Assembly (NCBI GenBank): GCA_963822965.1
Contig: CAWGJT010000005.1
Span: 1,312,001-1,376,000 of the forward strand
Reading direction: 5' to 3'
DNA: 64,000 nucleotides
From: an uncultured delta proteobacterium
Lineage (GTDB): Bacteria; Myxococcota_A; UBA9160; UBA4427
The position numbers and the translations under genes are program-made. The notes beneath the pieces were generated by a model, which made no database searches, was not told where the DNA came from, and saw only the letters and a list, made by a program, of their open reading frames with translations. Each line of letters starts with the position of its first letter. The stretch's first letter is position 1. Below, piece after piece: positions 47,186 to 58,570 of this stretch.

Positions 47186-50100
47186 GTGGCGGAGTTCTTC
47201 GTCCGGCGCCCGATCGTGGCGATCGTGATCGCGATCGTGATCGTGATCGTGGGGTTGGTCGCGCTCCGTGGCCTCCCGATCGCCCAGTATCCCGACATCA
47301 CGCCGCCGATGGTGAACGTCACCGCCAACTACACGGGCGCGAACGCCACCAGCGTCGAGCAGTCCGTCGCGACGCCGATCGAGCAGAAGGTCAACGGCGT
47401 CGAGGACATGATCTACATGAAGTCGATCAACTCGAGCGACGGCAAGATGTCGCTCGAGGTCTCCTTCGAGGTCGGCACCGATCTCGACATGGCCAACGTG
47501 CTGACGCAGAACCGCGTCTCCGAGGCCTCGGCAGTGCTGCCCGACGAGGTGAAGCGCCAGGGCGTCACGGTCAAGAAGAAGCTCTCCTTCCCGCTGCTCC
47601 TGATCTCCCTCGAATCTCCGAACCACACCTACGACGACCGCTTCCTCGCGAACTACGCGACCATCAACATCATCGACGAGATCGCCCGCATCCAGGGCGT
47701 CGGTCTCACCGAGGTCTTCGGCGGCAGCTCGACCGAGTACGCCATGCGCGTCTGGGTTCGGCCCGATCAGCTCGCCAAGCTGAACCTCACGATCGCCGAC
47801 CTGCAGCGCGCGATCCAGGAACAGAACGTGCTGGTCCCGGCCGGCCAGCTCGGCGGCCCGCCGGCCCCCAAGAACACCGAGTTCACCTACACCGTCAGCA
47901 CCTCGGGCCGCTTCGCGACCGAGGCCGAGTTCGGAAACGTCGTCGTCCGCTCGAATCCCGACGGCTCCCAGGTCCTGCTGCGCGACGTCGCACGAATCGA
48001 GCTCGGCTCCCAGAACTACATGATGACGACGCGCACGAACGGCCAGCGCACCGCCGTGATCTCGGTCTACCAGCTCCCCGACGCCAACGGCCTCGAGGTC
48101 GCCCGCTCGATCAAGTCGACGATGGAGCGCGTCTCCCAGCGCTTCCCGAACGACATCCAGTACTCGATCTCCCTCGATACGACGAAGCCGATCGTCGCCG
48201 GCATCCGGGAGATCGTGATCACGCTCTTCGAGGCGGTCGTCCTCGTGATCCTGGTCGTCTTCCTCTTCCTGCAGAACTTTCGCTCGACCCTGATCCCGAC
48301 GCTCACCGTGCCGGTCTCGTTGATCGGCGCCTTCGCGGTCTTCCCCTTCCTCGGCTTCACCGATCAACACGCTCTCCCTGCTGGGCCTCGTCCTCGCGAT
48401 CGGAACCGTCGTCGACGACGCGATCGTGGTGGTCGAGTCGGTCGCGACCAAGATGGAGGGGGGGCTCTCGGCGCGCGAACGCCACGATCGCAGCGATGAA
48501 GGAGGTCTCGGGGCCGATCGTCGCGACCTCGCTCGTCCTGATCGCGGTCTTCGTGCCCGTCGCGGCGATGGCCGGCATCACGGGCCGCCTCTATCAGCAG
48601 TTCGCCATCACGATCGCGATCTCGGTCGCGATCTCCTCGATCAACGCCCTGACGCTCAGCCCCGCCCTGGCCGCCTCGCTCCTGAAGCCGCCCGGCGAGA
48701 CGAAGAGCGTCTTCGACCGGTTCTTCGCCGCCTTCAACCGTGGCTTCGCGGTCCTGACCGATCGCTTCATGAGCGTCGCCGTATTCTTCACGAGCAAGCT
48801 CGTCCGCTCGGGCGCTCTGCTCGCCGCGCTCGTCGTGGCCCTCGTGCTGCTCTTCCGGCTCGTGCCCAGCGGCTTCGTTCCCGAGGAGGACCAGGGCTAC
48901 CTGCTCGGCGCCGTCATGTTGCCCGACGCCGCCTCGCTCCAGCGCACCGAGGAGGTCACGCTTCAGGCCTCCCGGATCATCCAGGAATTCGACGCCGTCG
49001 AGAGCGTCGTCACCATCTCGGGCTACAGCCTCGTGTCGGGCACCGTGCAGCCCAACTCGGGCTTCATCTTCGTCCAGCTGAAGGACTGGGACGAGCGGCC
49101 CGAGGCCGAGGACCACGCGCGCAACATCGTGCGCCGCCTGAACGCCGCCTTCGCGACCCGGATCCAGCAGGGTGCCGCCTTCGCCTTCGGCCCGCCGGCG
49201 ATCCCCGGCCTCGGCACCGGCGCCGGCTTCTCGATGATGCTCCAGGATCGCGGCGGCAATGATCCCGCCTACCTCGACGAACAGGTCCAGCGCTTCGTCC
49301 AGGCCGCGCGCGCGCGCCCCGAGATCGGCCGCGCCAGCAGCCTCTTCCGCGCCAGCGTGCCCCAGGTCTTCCTCGACATCGACGAGTCGAAGACCCTCAA
49401 GCTCGGCGTCCCGCTCGACCAGGTGAACACCGCGATCGGCGCCTTCCTCGGCGGCGCCTACGTGAACGACTTCAACCGCTTCGGTCGGCTCTACAAGGTC
49501 TACGTCCAGGCCGAGCCCGAATACCGGACGGACGTGAACTCGCTGCGCTTCTTCTACGCGCGCAACCAGGACGGCGGCATGGTGCCGCTCTCGACCCTCG
49601 TCTCGACGAGCCGCACCCGGGGCGCCGAATACACGAACCGCTTCAACCTCTTCCGATCCGCAGAGGTCCAGGGCCAGGCCGCGCCCGGATACAGCTCGAG
49701 CCAGGCCCTCGCCGCCCTCGAAGAGGTCGCCGCCGAGACGCTGCCCCCCGACATGTCCTACGCCTGGAACGCGATGAGCTACCAGGAGAAGGCCGCCGAA
49801 GGCAGCGGCAGCGTCGTCTTCGTCATGGCGCTGGTCTTCGTCTTCCTGATCCTCGCGGCGCAATACGAGAGCTGGTCGCTCCCCCTCTCGGTCCTGCTCG
49901 GCGTCCCGATCGCCGTCTTCGGCGCGATGGCAGGCCTGTGGATTTCGCGGCTCTTCAGCGAGAGCTACGAGAACAACGTCTTCGCCCAGATCGGGCTGGT
50001 CATGCTGATCGGCATGTCCGCCAAGAACGCGATCCTGATCGTCGAGTTCGCCAAGATGCAGCGCGACGCCGGTATGAGTGCGGTGGACGCCGCCCTCGAG

Positions 50101-50394
50101 GCCGCGCGCCAGCGCTTCCGCCCGATCCTGATGACCGCGTTCTCCTTCATCCTCGGCGTGCTGCCGCTGCTGGTCGCGACCGGTGCCGGCGCCGAGGCGC
50201 GCAAGGTGATGGGCATGACCGTCTTCTCCGGCATGCTCGTCGCGACCGTCGTCGGCGTGCTCGTCGTGCCCGCCCTCTACATCTTCGTCGAACGCTACGT
50301 CGCGCGGTCCGAGAGCGGGAGCCCGGAACCCCAGGCCGGCGGTAGCGGGGATGGCGGCTCGAATCCCGAGAACGCCGGAGGGAGCGCGACATGA
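47186..50394 (+). CDS. RND efflux permease (AcrB/MexB family), frameshifted at ~48360-48490
   Basis: FFVRRPI, LPIAQYPDITPP, VVDDAIVVVE, AKNAILIVEFA, RFRPILMT. Confidence 0.92.
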
Positions 50395-51846
50395 AGCGCT
50401 GCGCGTTCGTCGCTCTCGCGTCTATCGCGTCGCTCGCCGTTTTCGCCGGCTGCGCCCTCACGCCCGACTACGAGCGGCCCGAGCTCGAATCTGCCCGAGT
50501 CGTTCATCGGGGCGCCCCCGACCCAGGAGTCGATCGCGAATCTGAAGTGGTGGGAGCTCTACAAGGACGCCACCCTGATCGAGCTGATCGAGCAAGCCCT
50601 CGAAAACAACCAGGACCTCGCCCTCGCGATGGCGCGCATGCAGGAGTTCGAATCCCTCGTCACCTTCACCCGCGCCGACCAGTTCCCCTTCCTCAACCTG
50701 TTCGACGGCGCCGGACGCGGCCGCCCGAGCCGCGAGATCGTCCCTGGCGCCGATACCAACAGCAATTTCTCGGTCGGCGCCAACCTGAGCTTCGAGATCG
50801 ACCTCTGGCGCAAGTATGCCCGTGCGACCGAGGCCGCCCGCGCCGATCTCCTCGCGACCGAAGCCGCCTACCGCAACGTCACCATCAGCCTGATCGGCGA
50901 CGTCGCGAGCGGCTATCTCCTGCTGCGGGATCTCGACGCACGGCTCGAAATCTCACGGCGAACCGCCCAGGGTCGGCGCGACCGCCTCGAGATCATCCAG
51001 GCCCGCTACGACAAGGGCACCGTGCCGGTGCTCGACGTGAATCAGGCCGAAGTTCAGCTCGCGATCGCCGAAGCGTCCATCGCGCTCTACGAACGCCAGG
51101 TCGCCCAGGCCGAACACGCCCTACGCGTGCTGCTCGGCGAGTACCCCGGCCCCATCCCGCGCGGCGAGCCCATCCGGCCGGACACCTGGCCGATCGATGT
51201 CCCCGCCGGCCTGCCCTCGGAGCTCCTCGAACGTCGCCCCGACCTCGTCGAGGCCGAGCAGCGATTCGCGGCCGAGACCGATCGCATCGGTGTCGCCCAG
51301 GCCATGCGCTTCCCCGCGCTCTCGCTCACCGCCGAGGCGAGCGTCGTCGCCAAGAGCCTGACCGACTTGAACTCCACCGACGCCGGCCAGTGGAACGTAA
51401 TGGCGGGCATCTTCCAGCCCCTCTTCAACAGCGGACAGCTGAAGGCCCAGAAGGAGGCGCAGGTCGCGCGCGCCGAGCAGGCCCGCGCCCGCTACATCGG
51501 AACCCTGCAGAACGCGTTCCGCGAGGTCGAGGACTCGCTCGTCGAAGTCGAGACCTACCGGCGCGAGCGCGAGGCGCGGGATCGACAGGTGAGGGCCGCG
51601 CGGAGCGTGCTGCGGCTCTCGCAAGCGCGCTACGACGGAGGCGTCGTCGATTATCTCGAGGTGCTCGACAGCGAGCGGACCTTGTTCGACGCGGAGCTCG
51701 AGGAGTCGTCCGTACGAAGGCAGTCGCTGACGGCGTACGTGAGGCTCTACAAGGCGTTGGGTGGGGGATGGGAGGAGGAGGAGAACGGCGAAGCGGAGGC
51801 AGCGCCACAAGCCGACGAATCGGGAGCGTCAGCCGACACGCCCTGA
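50391..51846 (+). CDS. Outer membrane efflux lipoprotein (NodT/OprM family), frameshift near 50490
   Basis: Lipobox FAGC..PDYERP; WWELY.D..L..LIEQALENN; PAGLPSELLERRPD; LYKALGGGW. Confidence 0.9.
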
Positions 51847-51991
51847 GCGATCGACCTGGGACGTCGACTCCCCGTCGTATCAGCCCCCGGACCCAGGAAG
51901 CCTATCCGGGCTGGCAGCCGTGGATCAGTGGCGCGCGCCAGACGCTCGAGGCCCTCGTCTCGAGCCAGTGCAGCTCGGATCGCGCTCGGAT

Positions 51992-52740
51992 CTAGTTCGC
52001 ATACAGGAACGAGAGCTGGATCCGAAGCTGCCAGTCCGGGCCGATCGTCGGCGCCACGACGTGGTAGTAGGCCTCGACGGTCGTGCTCATCCGCTGGCCG
52101 GCGATGGCGAATACCTTGCCCACGCCGCCGCCGAGCGGCACCAGCCACTGGTCCTTCGTCCTCGCGTCCCAGTTCGCCGCGATGCTGGGGCTGGTCGTGA
52201 GGTACCAGCCCTGGGGCAGGTTGTAGTTGAGGAGCGGCCGCAGCGTCATCACGTCGACATCGGCGCGGTCCTCGTCGCCGGCGAACGACCAAAGCTGCTG
52301 GACGATGACACCCCCGACCCAGGGCCCACGGGTGTAGATGGCGGCGGCCGCGGGCCCGGCCGACCACTTCTCGGTCCCCAGCAGCTCGTCCGTCGCGGTG
52401 GGGAGCAGGAAGGCGGGACCCAGCCCCCATACGAAGCTCCGCGCCTCGCGCGGGGTGACGAACGCGATCAGCGAGATATCCCCCAGCCCGTCCTTGGACT
52501 CGGGCCAGGGAAGATGAACGATCGGGATGACGGGCCGCAGCAGGATCGTCCAGTCGTCTCCCGGCTCGAACGGGATGAGCGGCTGGATCCGGAAGAAGTT
52601 GAGGGCTTCGTGGTCCGGACCGAATCCCAACTGCACGTTGTCTTCGAAGCGCGCGACGTAGAAGCGCGTGACCGGGTTCTGATCCGCGATCGCCAGCTCC
52701 GTGAGGGTGGGCTCCTCGGCGTACGCTCCACCCGAGCTCC
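51992..52740 (-). CDS. Outer-membrane beta-barrel (QNP-motif transporter-like); 5' end unclear or degraded
   Basis: LAIADQNPV, IQPLIP, GLGDI, WGLGP..LLPTATD..LGTEKWSAGP, W.VPLGGG; no clean signal peptide. Confidence 0.7.
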
Positions 52741-52823
52741 AACCACGACATGTACGGCTCGGGGCTCGGCTGCTTCGAGCAGGCCCTGCGCCACCCGAGC
52801 TTCGCCGCCCAGCAGGGCACGAG

Positions 52824-52952
52824 CCCGCCGCCGGAGCCACCCGCAGGGGATTGACACAACCCCGTCGCGGGCTCCCCGTAGGAGATCGACCTAACGCCCA
52901 TACTCCGGCTTCGAGCTGAAACCGAGCTTGCAGGCCTATCCGCTACGGGTTC
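52824..52952 (-). repeat. Dif-like repeat, reverse orientation, compound (right arms at 52884-52894 and 52849-52859)
   Basis: Reverse strand ATAGGCCTGCAAGCTCGGTTTCAGCTCGAAGCCGGAGTA-TGGGCG-TTAGGTCGATC ... TTGTGTCAATC-CCCTGCGGGTGGCTCCGGCGGCGGG. Confidence 0.8.
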
Positions 52953-53065
52953 ATGCTGTGGCTGGCGCCCGTGGTCTCCCGGCGCCTCCTGAGAGGGTTT
53001 CGGGACCGGGCTCAGCTGCGCCCCGACGCCACCACGAACCCACAGCTGAAATGGGGAGTCGTCCC

Positions 53066-53716
53066 ATGCCCGAGGCCCGCGTCGCGAGCTTCAACATCGC
53101 CGACCTGCCGTGGCCCTTCGAAGACCCGGCGCTGCAGGCCATCCCGGACCGGGTCGCGCAGATCCGCAACGCCCTGGAAGCCTACGACTATCGCCTCGTG
53201 CAGGAGGACTGGTTCCAGCGCATGAACGGCCTGCCCTGCGGTCACTGGTACTGGTTTCCGAGCGGGCTGACCCTCGGCACGCCGGTCACGCATCCAGTGA
53301 CGAGCATCGGCTGCTTGCGACACGCGCGCTCGGGCTTCGCATCGGGCGACTGGCTGGCCCAGAAGGGATGGCAGCGGGCGACCTCCCAGGGCATCGTCTT
53401 CGCACACACCCACCTCGACGCGGGCGATGCGGACTGGATGTACCGCCAGGAGCAGGCCCTGGCCATTCGCGCGGCCCTGCCCTCCACCGGCCCGCTCGTG
53501 CTTGGCGGCGACTTCAACACCGAGAACCAGGGCGAACGCGACTGGCTGGACCAGAAGCTCGCCCAGATCGGCCTCGTTCACGCCTCGGCCCCGACCGCCA
53601 AGGGCAAGGACCACATCTACACGCGCGATCTCACGGTCAACGGCGCCGGCGCGGACGCGGCCTTGTCGGCCCTGAGCGACCACCCGGCGATCTGGGTCGA
53701 CGTCTCCTGGATCTGA
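53066..53716 (+). CDS. Endonuclease/exonuclease/phosphatase (EEP) family protein
   Basis: VASFNI, VQED, THLD, LGGDFN, DHIY, SDH motifs. Confidence 0.85.
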   Translation: MPEARVASFNIADLPWPFEDPALQAIPDRVAQIRNALEAYDYRLVQEDWFQRMNGLPCGHWYWFPSGLTLGTPVTHPVTSIGCLRHARSGFASGDWLAQKGWQRATSQGIVFAHTHLDAGDADWMYRQEQALAIRAALPSTGPLVLGGDFNTENQGERDWLDQKLAQIGLVHASAPTAKGKDHIYTRDLTVNGAGADAALSALSDHPAIWVDVSWI

Positions 53717-53987
53717 TCCAGCCCCACGCGCGCCCGCGCCTCGAACGGCCTCCGGCCCAGCGAACCTCGCCGCGCGAGCAGGAGCAGCAGGGGCCCGTCT
53801 TCGGGACCGTCGGCCAGGGCCTCGTCGCCCTCGACGGCAGCCCATCCATCGCCGAAGTGACGGGTCTGCGAGGTCAACCTGCCAACAGAGACGATCCTCG
53901 ACGCGTGGGGCACGGGGCCACGTCGCTCGCTCAGAGCGCGGCACGGCTCCGCACACCCCTTCGACCCGACGCACTCTTGCTCCGTCG

Positions 53988-54081
53988 CCCGTCGCGGGTT
54001 CCCCGTAGGAGATCGAACAACGCCCATACTCGGGAATCGAGCTGAAACCCAGCTTGAACGCCCTTCCCCATCGGCTTCCGG
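53988..54081 (-). repeat. Dif-like repeat, reverse orientation (core 54010-54037)
   Basis: 53988-54056 is an imperfect direct repeat of 52861-52930; reverse strand ATTCCCGAGTA-TGGGCG-TTGTTCGATCT. Confidence 0.82.
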
Positions 54082-54229
54082 GCACTTTCTCGCTGTCGTT
54101 CGGAGTCCGCCCGAGCCACCGCTCGCCGCATGCGGCGAGCGCCCAACGACCATCGCTGGCTTGGCGGCATCGAAGGACTCGCCGCGCGCATCCGGGGCGC
54201 CGTCGCAGTGCCACGTCGATCGATGGGCG

Positions 54230-56434
54230 CTAACGCGCCCGTCCACCGGCGCCTATCAGGATCAGCGGCACCTCGCTCGATTCGGCGAGCTGGCGCACGA
54301 TGTGGCCGAAGGTCCGTCCCGCACCGCGGGCGTGCTGGATCCCCATGACCACGAGATCGACGTCCTCCGCATGCCGCAGGATCGCCTCGCACGCATCTTG
54401 TGCCTCCTCGATCTGCACGTCGAAACGCCCCTCGACCTCGTCGCGCGCCAGAGCCCGCACCTCGCGCCGGGCCTGCCGCGCCTGGTCATCGGTAAGACCG
54501 GGAGCCAGGGTGCGCAGAAAGGTGATCGCACACTCCTGTGAGCGGGTCAGGCTCGCGACCAGCCGGGCGCGCGGGCGGCTGTGATCGCCGCGGCCGCCGA
54601 GCGGGATGAGCACGCGACGCACCTGTGCGATCCGCCAGCGCCGCGGCGCCCGCAGCACGACGACGTCCGCATCCAGCGGCGCGACCAGGGCCTCGAGCTT
54701 CGCCCAGCCCTCGGGCGTCTCTCCAAGCGGTGCTCCGAGCACGACCGTCTCGCAGCGGTGGAGCCGTGCGACCCGCGCGATCTCACGCGCCGGGTCGGCC
54801 GCGATCGTGAACAGGGTCTCGGCGGGGGTGCCGCGCTCGAATCCGCGCAGCAACGACTCGCCGAGGATGGCCTGCGCATCGCGCATCACCGGGTGGTCCT
54901 CGTCGGGCACCTCATCCGGCGTCGCCACGACGCACAGCTGGAGCACGCGACCGACGCTCGGCGTCCGCACCGTCGCGGCGACGCCGACGAGCCCCGCAGC
55001 GCTGGTGGGACTCGCGATCGGCACGAGGACGAGCGGGCTGCGGCCGCGCAGCCGCGCCAGGTCCGGGTCGCGAGCCTCGGCACTCGTGTCGGCCAGGCGC
55101 GCGCCGCGGGCCAGGAGCGTCACGAAGAAGGCGAGGCCAAGAAGCAGCCAGGCCATCACCACGTGGCCGGCTGCCGGCACCTCGATCGCCTGAAAGATGC
55201 CGAGCGCCAGGCAGAGCGCGCCGCCCACGAGAGGCACGACCGGTAGCCGGCCGTCGCCGGACCTGCGGCGCGCGAGAATCGCGGCCCAGTGCACCGTCGC
55301 GAAGGAGATCAGGAAGATGAGGCTCGAGGCCGCGCCCGCGGCCGACACGTCGCCCACCGCGGCGACGACGACCGCGAGCATGGCGGCAGTCACCGCCACT
55401 GCCAGTGCGGGCGTCTCGCCGCTGCCGCTCATGCGCCCGAGCGGACGCGGCAACGTGCGATCGCGCGCCATCGAGAATGCCACTCGCGAAGCTCCCAGCA
55501 GATTCGCCTGGAGAGCCGACAGCATGGAGAGCACGCCCGCCCCGATCACGAGCCAGTAGCCGACCGGTCCGAGGAATCGCTCCGCGGCCTCTGCCACCAG
55601 ACCCTCCGGGTTCGCCGCGGCCGCCTGCGCGATCTCCACGTCTGCGGGCACGCCGACGGTCGTAATCAACAGCAGCAGCGGGATATAGATGGCGAGAGCG
55701 ATCGCGAGGGACAGGTACATCGCCCGCGGCAGATTCCGTTCCGGGTCGCGCACCTCGCCGCCGACCGCAGCGATCAGGTCGAAGCCCTGGAGCGCGATGA
55801 AGGTGTACCCCATGGCCTGAAAGAGCCCGCTGAGACCGGCCGGCAGGAAGGGCCGGAGCCCGGCGGCGAGCTGCTCGCCGCTGTGCCCGAAGGCGGCGAC
55901 GGCGCCGCCCGCGATCACGATCACGAACACCACGACCTTGCCGATGGTGGCCCCCTGGCCGCCGCCGGACGCCTTGCGTACCAGCGCGACGGCGTAGAAG
56001 CCGACTGCGGCGAGCGCGAAGCCGACCCGCAGGTCGCCGCGCGACAGCCAGGCCACGTCCTGGCCCAGGCCCGCGAGCAGCCGGGTCGCCCCCTCGGCGG
56101 CGAAGACTGCGAACCCGAGGGCGTAGAGGACGCCGGCGACGATCGAGGCAAACCACACCACCCAGCCGACCACGAAGGCGACCTCGATCGAGAGCACGTG
56201 CTTCGCGTAGGTATAGGTGCCGCCGGATTGCGGGAAACGCACCGCCAGCTCGGCGAAGCTCGCCGCGGTGAAGACGGCGATGCCACCGTTGAGCACGAAG
56301 GCAAGCAGCGCCCCCGGCCCAGCAGTCCGGAAGGCGACGCCCGCCAGTGCCAGGACCCCGCCGCCAACGATCGCGCCAACGCCGATGAGCGTCGCGCCGA
56401 AGAGTCCAAGGTGCCGCTCGCCGGGCGTTTGCAT
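54230..56434 (-). CDS. APC amino-acid permease fused to two universal stress protein domains
   Basis: IGVGAIVGGG, SGGTYTY, GFDLIA..GGEVRDP.RNLPRA; C-terminal VLVPIA and RVLIPLGG...DLVVMG. Confidence 0.88.
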   Translation of the reverse strand: MQTPGERHLGLFGATLIGVGAIVGGGVLALAGVAFRTAGPGALLAFVLNGGIAVFTAASFAELAVRFPQSGGTYTYAKHVLSIEVAFVVGWVVWFASIVAGVLYALGFAVFAAEGATRLLAGLGQDVAWLSRGDLRVGFALAAVGFYAVALVRKASGGGQGATIGKVVVFVIVIAGGAVAAFGHSGEQLAAGLRPFLPAGLSGLFQAMGYTFIALQGFDLIAAVGGEVRDPERNLPRAMYLSLAIALAIYIPLLLLITTVGVPADVEIAQAAAANPEGLVAEAAERFLGPVGYWLVIGAGVLSMLSALQANLLGASRVAFSMARDRTLPRPLGRMSGSGETPALAVAVTAAMLAVVVAAVGDVSAAGAASSLIFLISFATVHWAAILARRRSGDGRLPVVPLVGGALCLALGIFQAIEVPAAGHVVMAWLLLGLAFFVTLLARGARLADTSAEARDPDLARLRGRSPLVLVPIASPTSAAGLVGVAATVRTPSVGRVLQLCVVATPDEVPDEDHPVMRDAQAILGESLLRGFERGTPAETLFTIAADPAREIARVARLHRCETVVLGAPLGETPEGWAKLEALVAPLDADVVVLRAPRRWRIAQVRRVLIPLGGRGDHSRPRARLVASLTRSQECAITFLRTLAPGLTDDQARQARREVRALARDEVEGRFDVQIEEAQDACEAILRHAEDVDLVVMGIQHARGAGRTFGHIVRQLAESSEVPLILIGAGGRAR

Positions 56435-56884
56435 CCGCGGATCATGCGGAAGTGCAGGGACCTCTGCGAGACCCGGCGAAATCCCAACGGCGGCGGCTCG
56501 CGGACCTGACTCAGACCCACTTCGCCCGGACGCTCGGATCGGCGCCCATACGCCGCGCGACGGGGAGCAGGGCTTCTCAGCCCCAGGGGCCCGCGATCAC
56601 GTCGTTCCCGGGGAATCCCGCTGTATGTCGGCTGCTCAACCGCTGGACTGCATCCGCAGGAAGACCCGGTGCCGCAGCGTATGCAATCGGTCTGATCGCC
56701 CTCCCCTCCCCCCGCACCACCGAAACGAGCCGCCCGGTCTCAGCCTGCGGCCGGGCGGCGCGTGTTTCGAGGGTCCACTCGAGCAAGCCCTCCAGGCCAA
56801 GGCCGCGCCCTCCTCCGGCCTCCGCGGCTCCACCCGATTCCAGATGCCTCCCGCCCGGGAGCGCGCCCTACTTCACCTGAATCG

Positions 56885-58570
56885 TCACCTTTTCGATCTC
56901 GCCGGTGAAGGAAGTCGACTTCTACGCTGGACGCTCCTTTGGGGAGGGGCTTGCCGCCCCTCAGGACGGTGTGTTCGTCGAAGTAGTTGTAGTCGAAGAC
57001 GGGAACGCCTTCGTCGAGATACAGGCTGAGGCCGGCCGCGAGGCCACCAAACCCGACGATGACTCCTTCGGTTCGCGCTCCGTCGGTCTCGACGTTCGCC
57101 GTGAGGGTCCATGAGCGGTTCTTCATCGGCGGCGCGGCCGTCTCCGAAATGCGGATGGCGCCCGGGTAGTAGGTGAACGTCCTCGTGTCGGGATCGGCGC
57201 CCGGAGGCAGAGGCTTGGGCACGGCCAGCCGAGCGGAGCCCCGGTCGTCCAACGGGTAGATGTGGTACTGCCGAGCCGCCTCGGCGAATCGGGCCTTCAG
57301 CGCGGTCAGCTTCTCGGGATGTTCGGCTGCGAGATCCACGGCCTCCGAGAAGTCGTCGGGCAGGTAGTAGAGCTCCCAGATGTCCTGATCCCAGTTGCCT
57401 GGCGCATAGTCCTGCCGCCATGGGAAGGTGTGCTGGGCGTTGGCCTTCCAGCCGTCTCGATACATCGAGCGGTTCGTGAAAATCTCGCAATACTGCTCGG
57501 AGCGCCCCGCGTAGCTCGGATCGTCGAAGCTGGCGAGGAAGGACTTCCCGGCGAGAGGCTTCTGCCGAATGCCGTCGACCGTCTGCGGCATCGGAATCCG
57601 GGCCGCTTCGAGGATGGTGGGCGCGACGTCGATCAAGTGCAGGAACGCGTCGCGCAGCTGTTCGTCATGGGTGATCCGGCTGGGCCAGCTCGCCACCATG
57701 GGGTTGCGTGTGCCCCCCAGATGCGAGGCCACCTGCTTCACCCATTGAAAGGGAGTATCTCCCGCCCAGGCCCAGCCGACGGGGTAGTGCGGCTCGGTCC
57801 CGGGCGCTCCCACATTGTCGAGCAGCGGGACGAGCTCCTCGAGTGGCGTGTTGATGCCGTTGAGTGCCTTCACCTCGTTGAAGGTTCCGTCCGGCCCGCC
57901 TTCAGCGGAAGCGCCGTTGTCGCCCGCGATGAAGATGACGAGCGTGTTGTCGGCATCCGGAAGCTCCTTCACCGCATCGAGCAGACGGCCGATCTCGTGA
58001 TCGGTGAATGCGAAGTAGCCCGCGAAGTTCTCCATCAACGTCGTGTAGACCCGCTTCTGAAGGTCGCTGAGCGAATCCCAGGCCGGCACCCAGTCCGGCC
58101 GCGGAGTCAGCTTCGTGCCCTTCGGAATGATCCCCATCTCCAGCTGCCGCTCATAGACCTGCTCGCGGTACTTCTCCCAGCCCATGTCGAACGCGCCCTT
58201 GAACGACTCGCGCCACTTCGCCGGGGCCTGATGGGGTGCGTGCATCGCCCCGGGCGCGAAGTACATGAAAAAGGGTTTGTCGGGTGCGACCGACTTCGAG
58301 AACTTCATGCGGGCGATCGCCCGATCCGTCATGTCGGTGAGCAAGTGGTAGCCCTCTTCTGGCGACTTGTCGGGCTCGACTGGGCTGGTGTTCTCGAAGA
58401 TGACCGGGTAGTACTGGTCGGTCTCCCCGGCATTGAAGCCGTAGAAGTACTCGAAGCCGAGGCTCGTCGGCCAGCGATCGAAGGGGCCGGCGATGGTGGT
58501 CTCCCAGTCCGGCGTGTTGTGGTTCTTGCCGAACCACCAGGTCGCGTAGCCGTTGTCCCTGAGGATGGCT
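56885..58570 (-). pseudogene. Arylsulfatase truncated at both ends
   Basis: [38 protein letters not shown]; lacks the N-terminal (C/S)xPxR motif. Confidence 0.85.

Noticed and set aside
45692..48451. Long antisense or alternate-frame ORFs (e.g. 45692-48451, 11075-13492, 29060-30916, 57262-59034)
   Set aside because: Shadow ORFs typical of high-GC DNA, overlapping well-supported genes and lacking recognisable motifs.
47186..51846. Programmed frameshifting or true pseudogenes in the RND permease and outer membrane factor
   Set aside because: Scattered single-base indels without slippery sites also occur in MMPL, the ABC permease and HlyD; sequencing error is more likely, though unverified.
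5063..54081. Dif-like repeats read as a CRISPR array or integron attC sites
   Set aside because: Spacing is irregular (0.4-22 kb) and on both strands; no cas or intI gene; no attC-type hairpin with RYYYAAC/GTTRRRY ends was evident.
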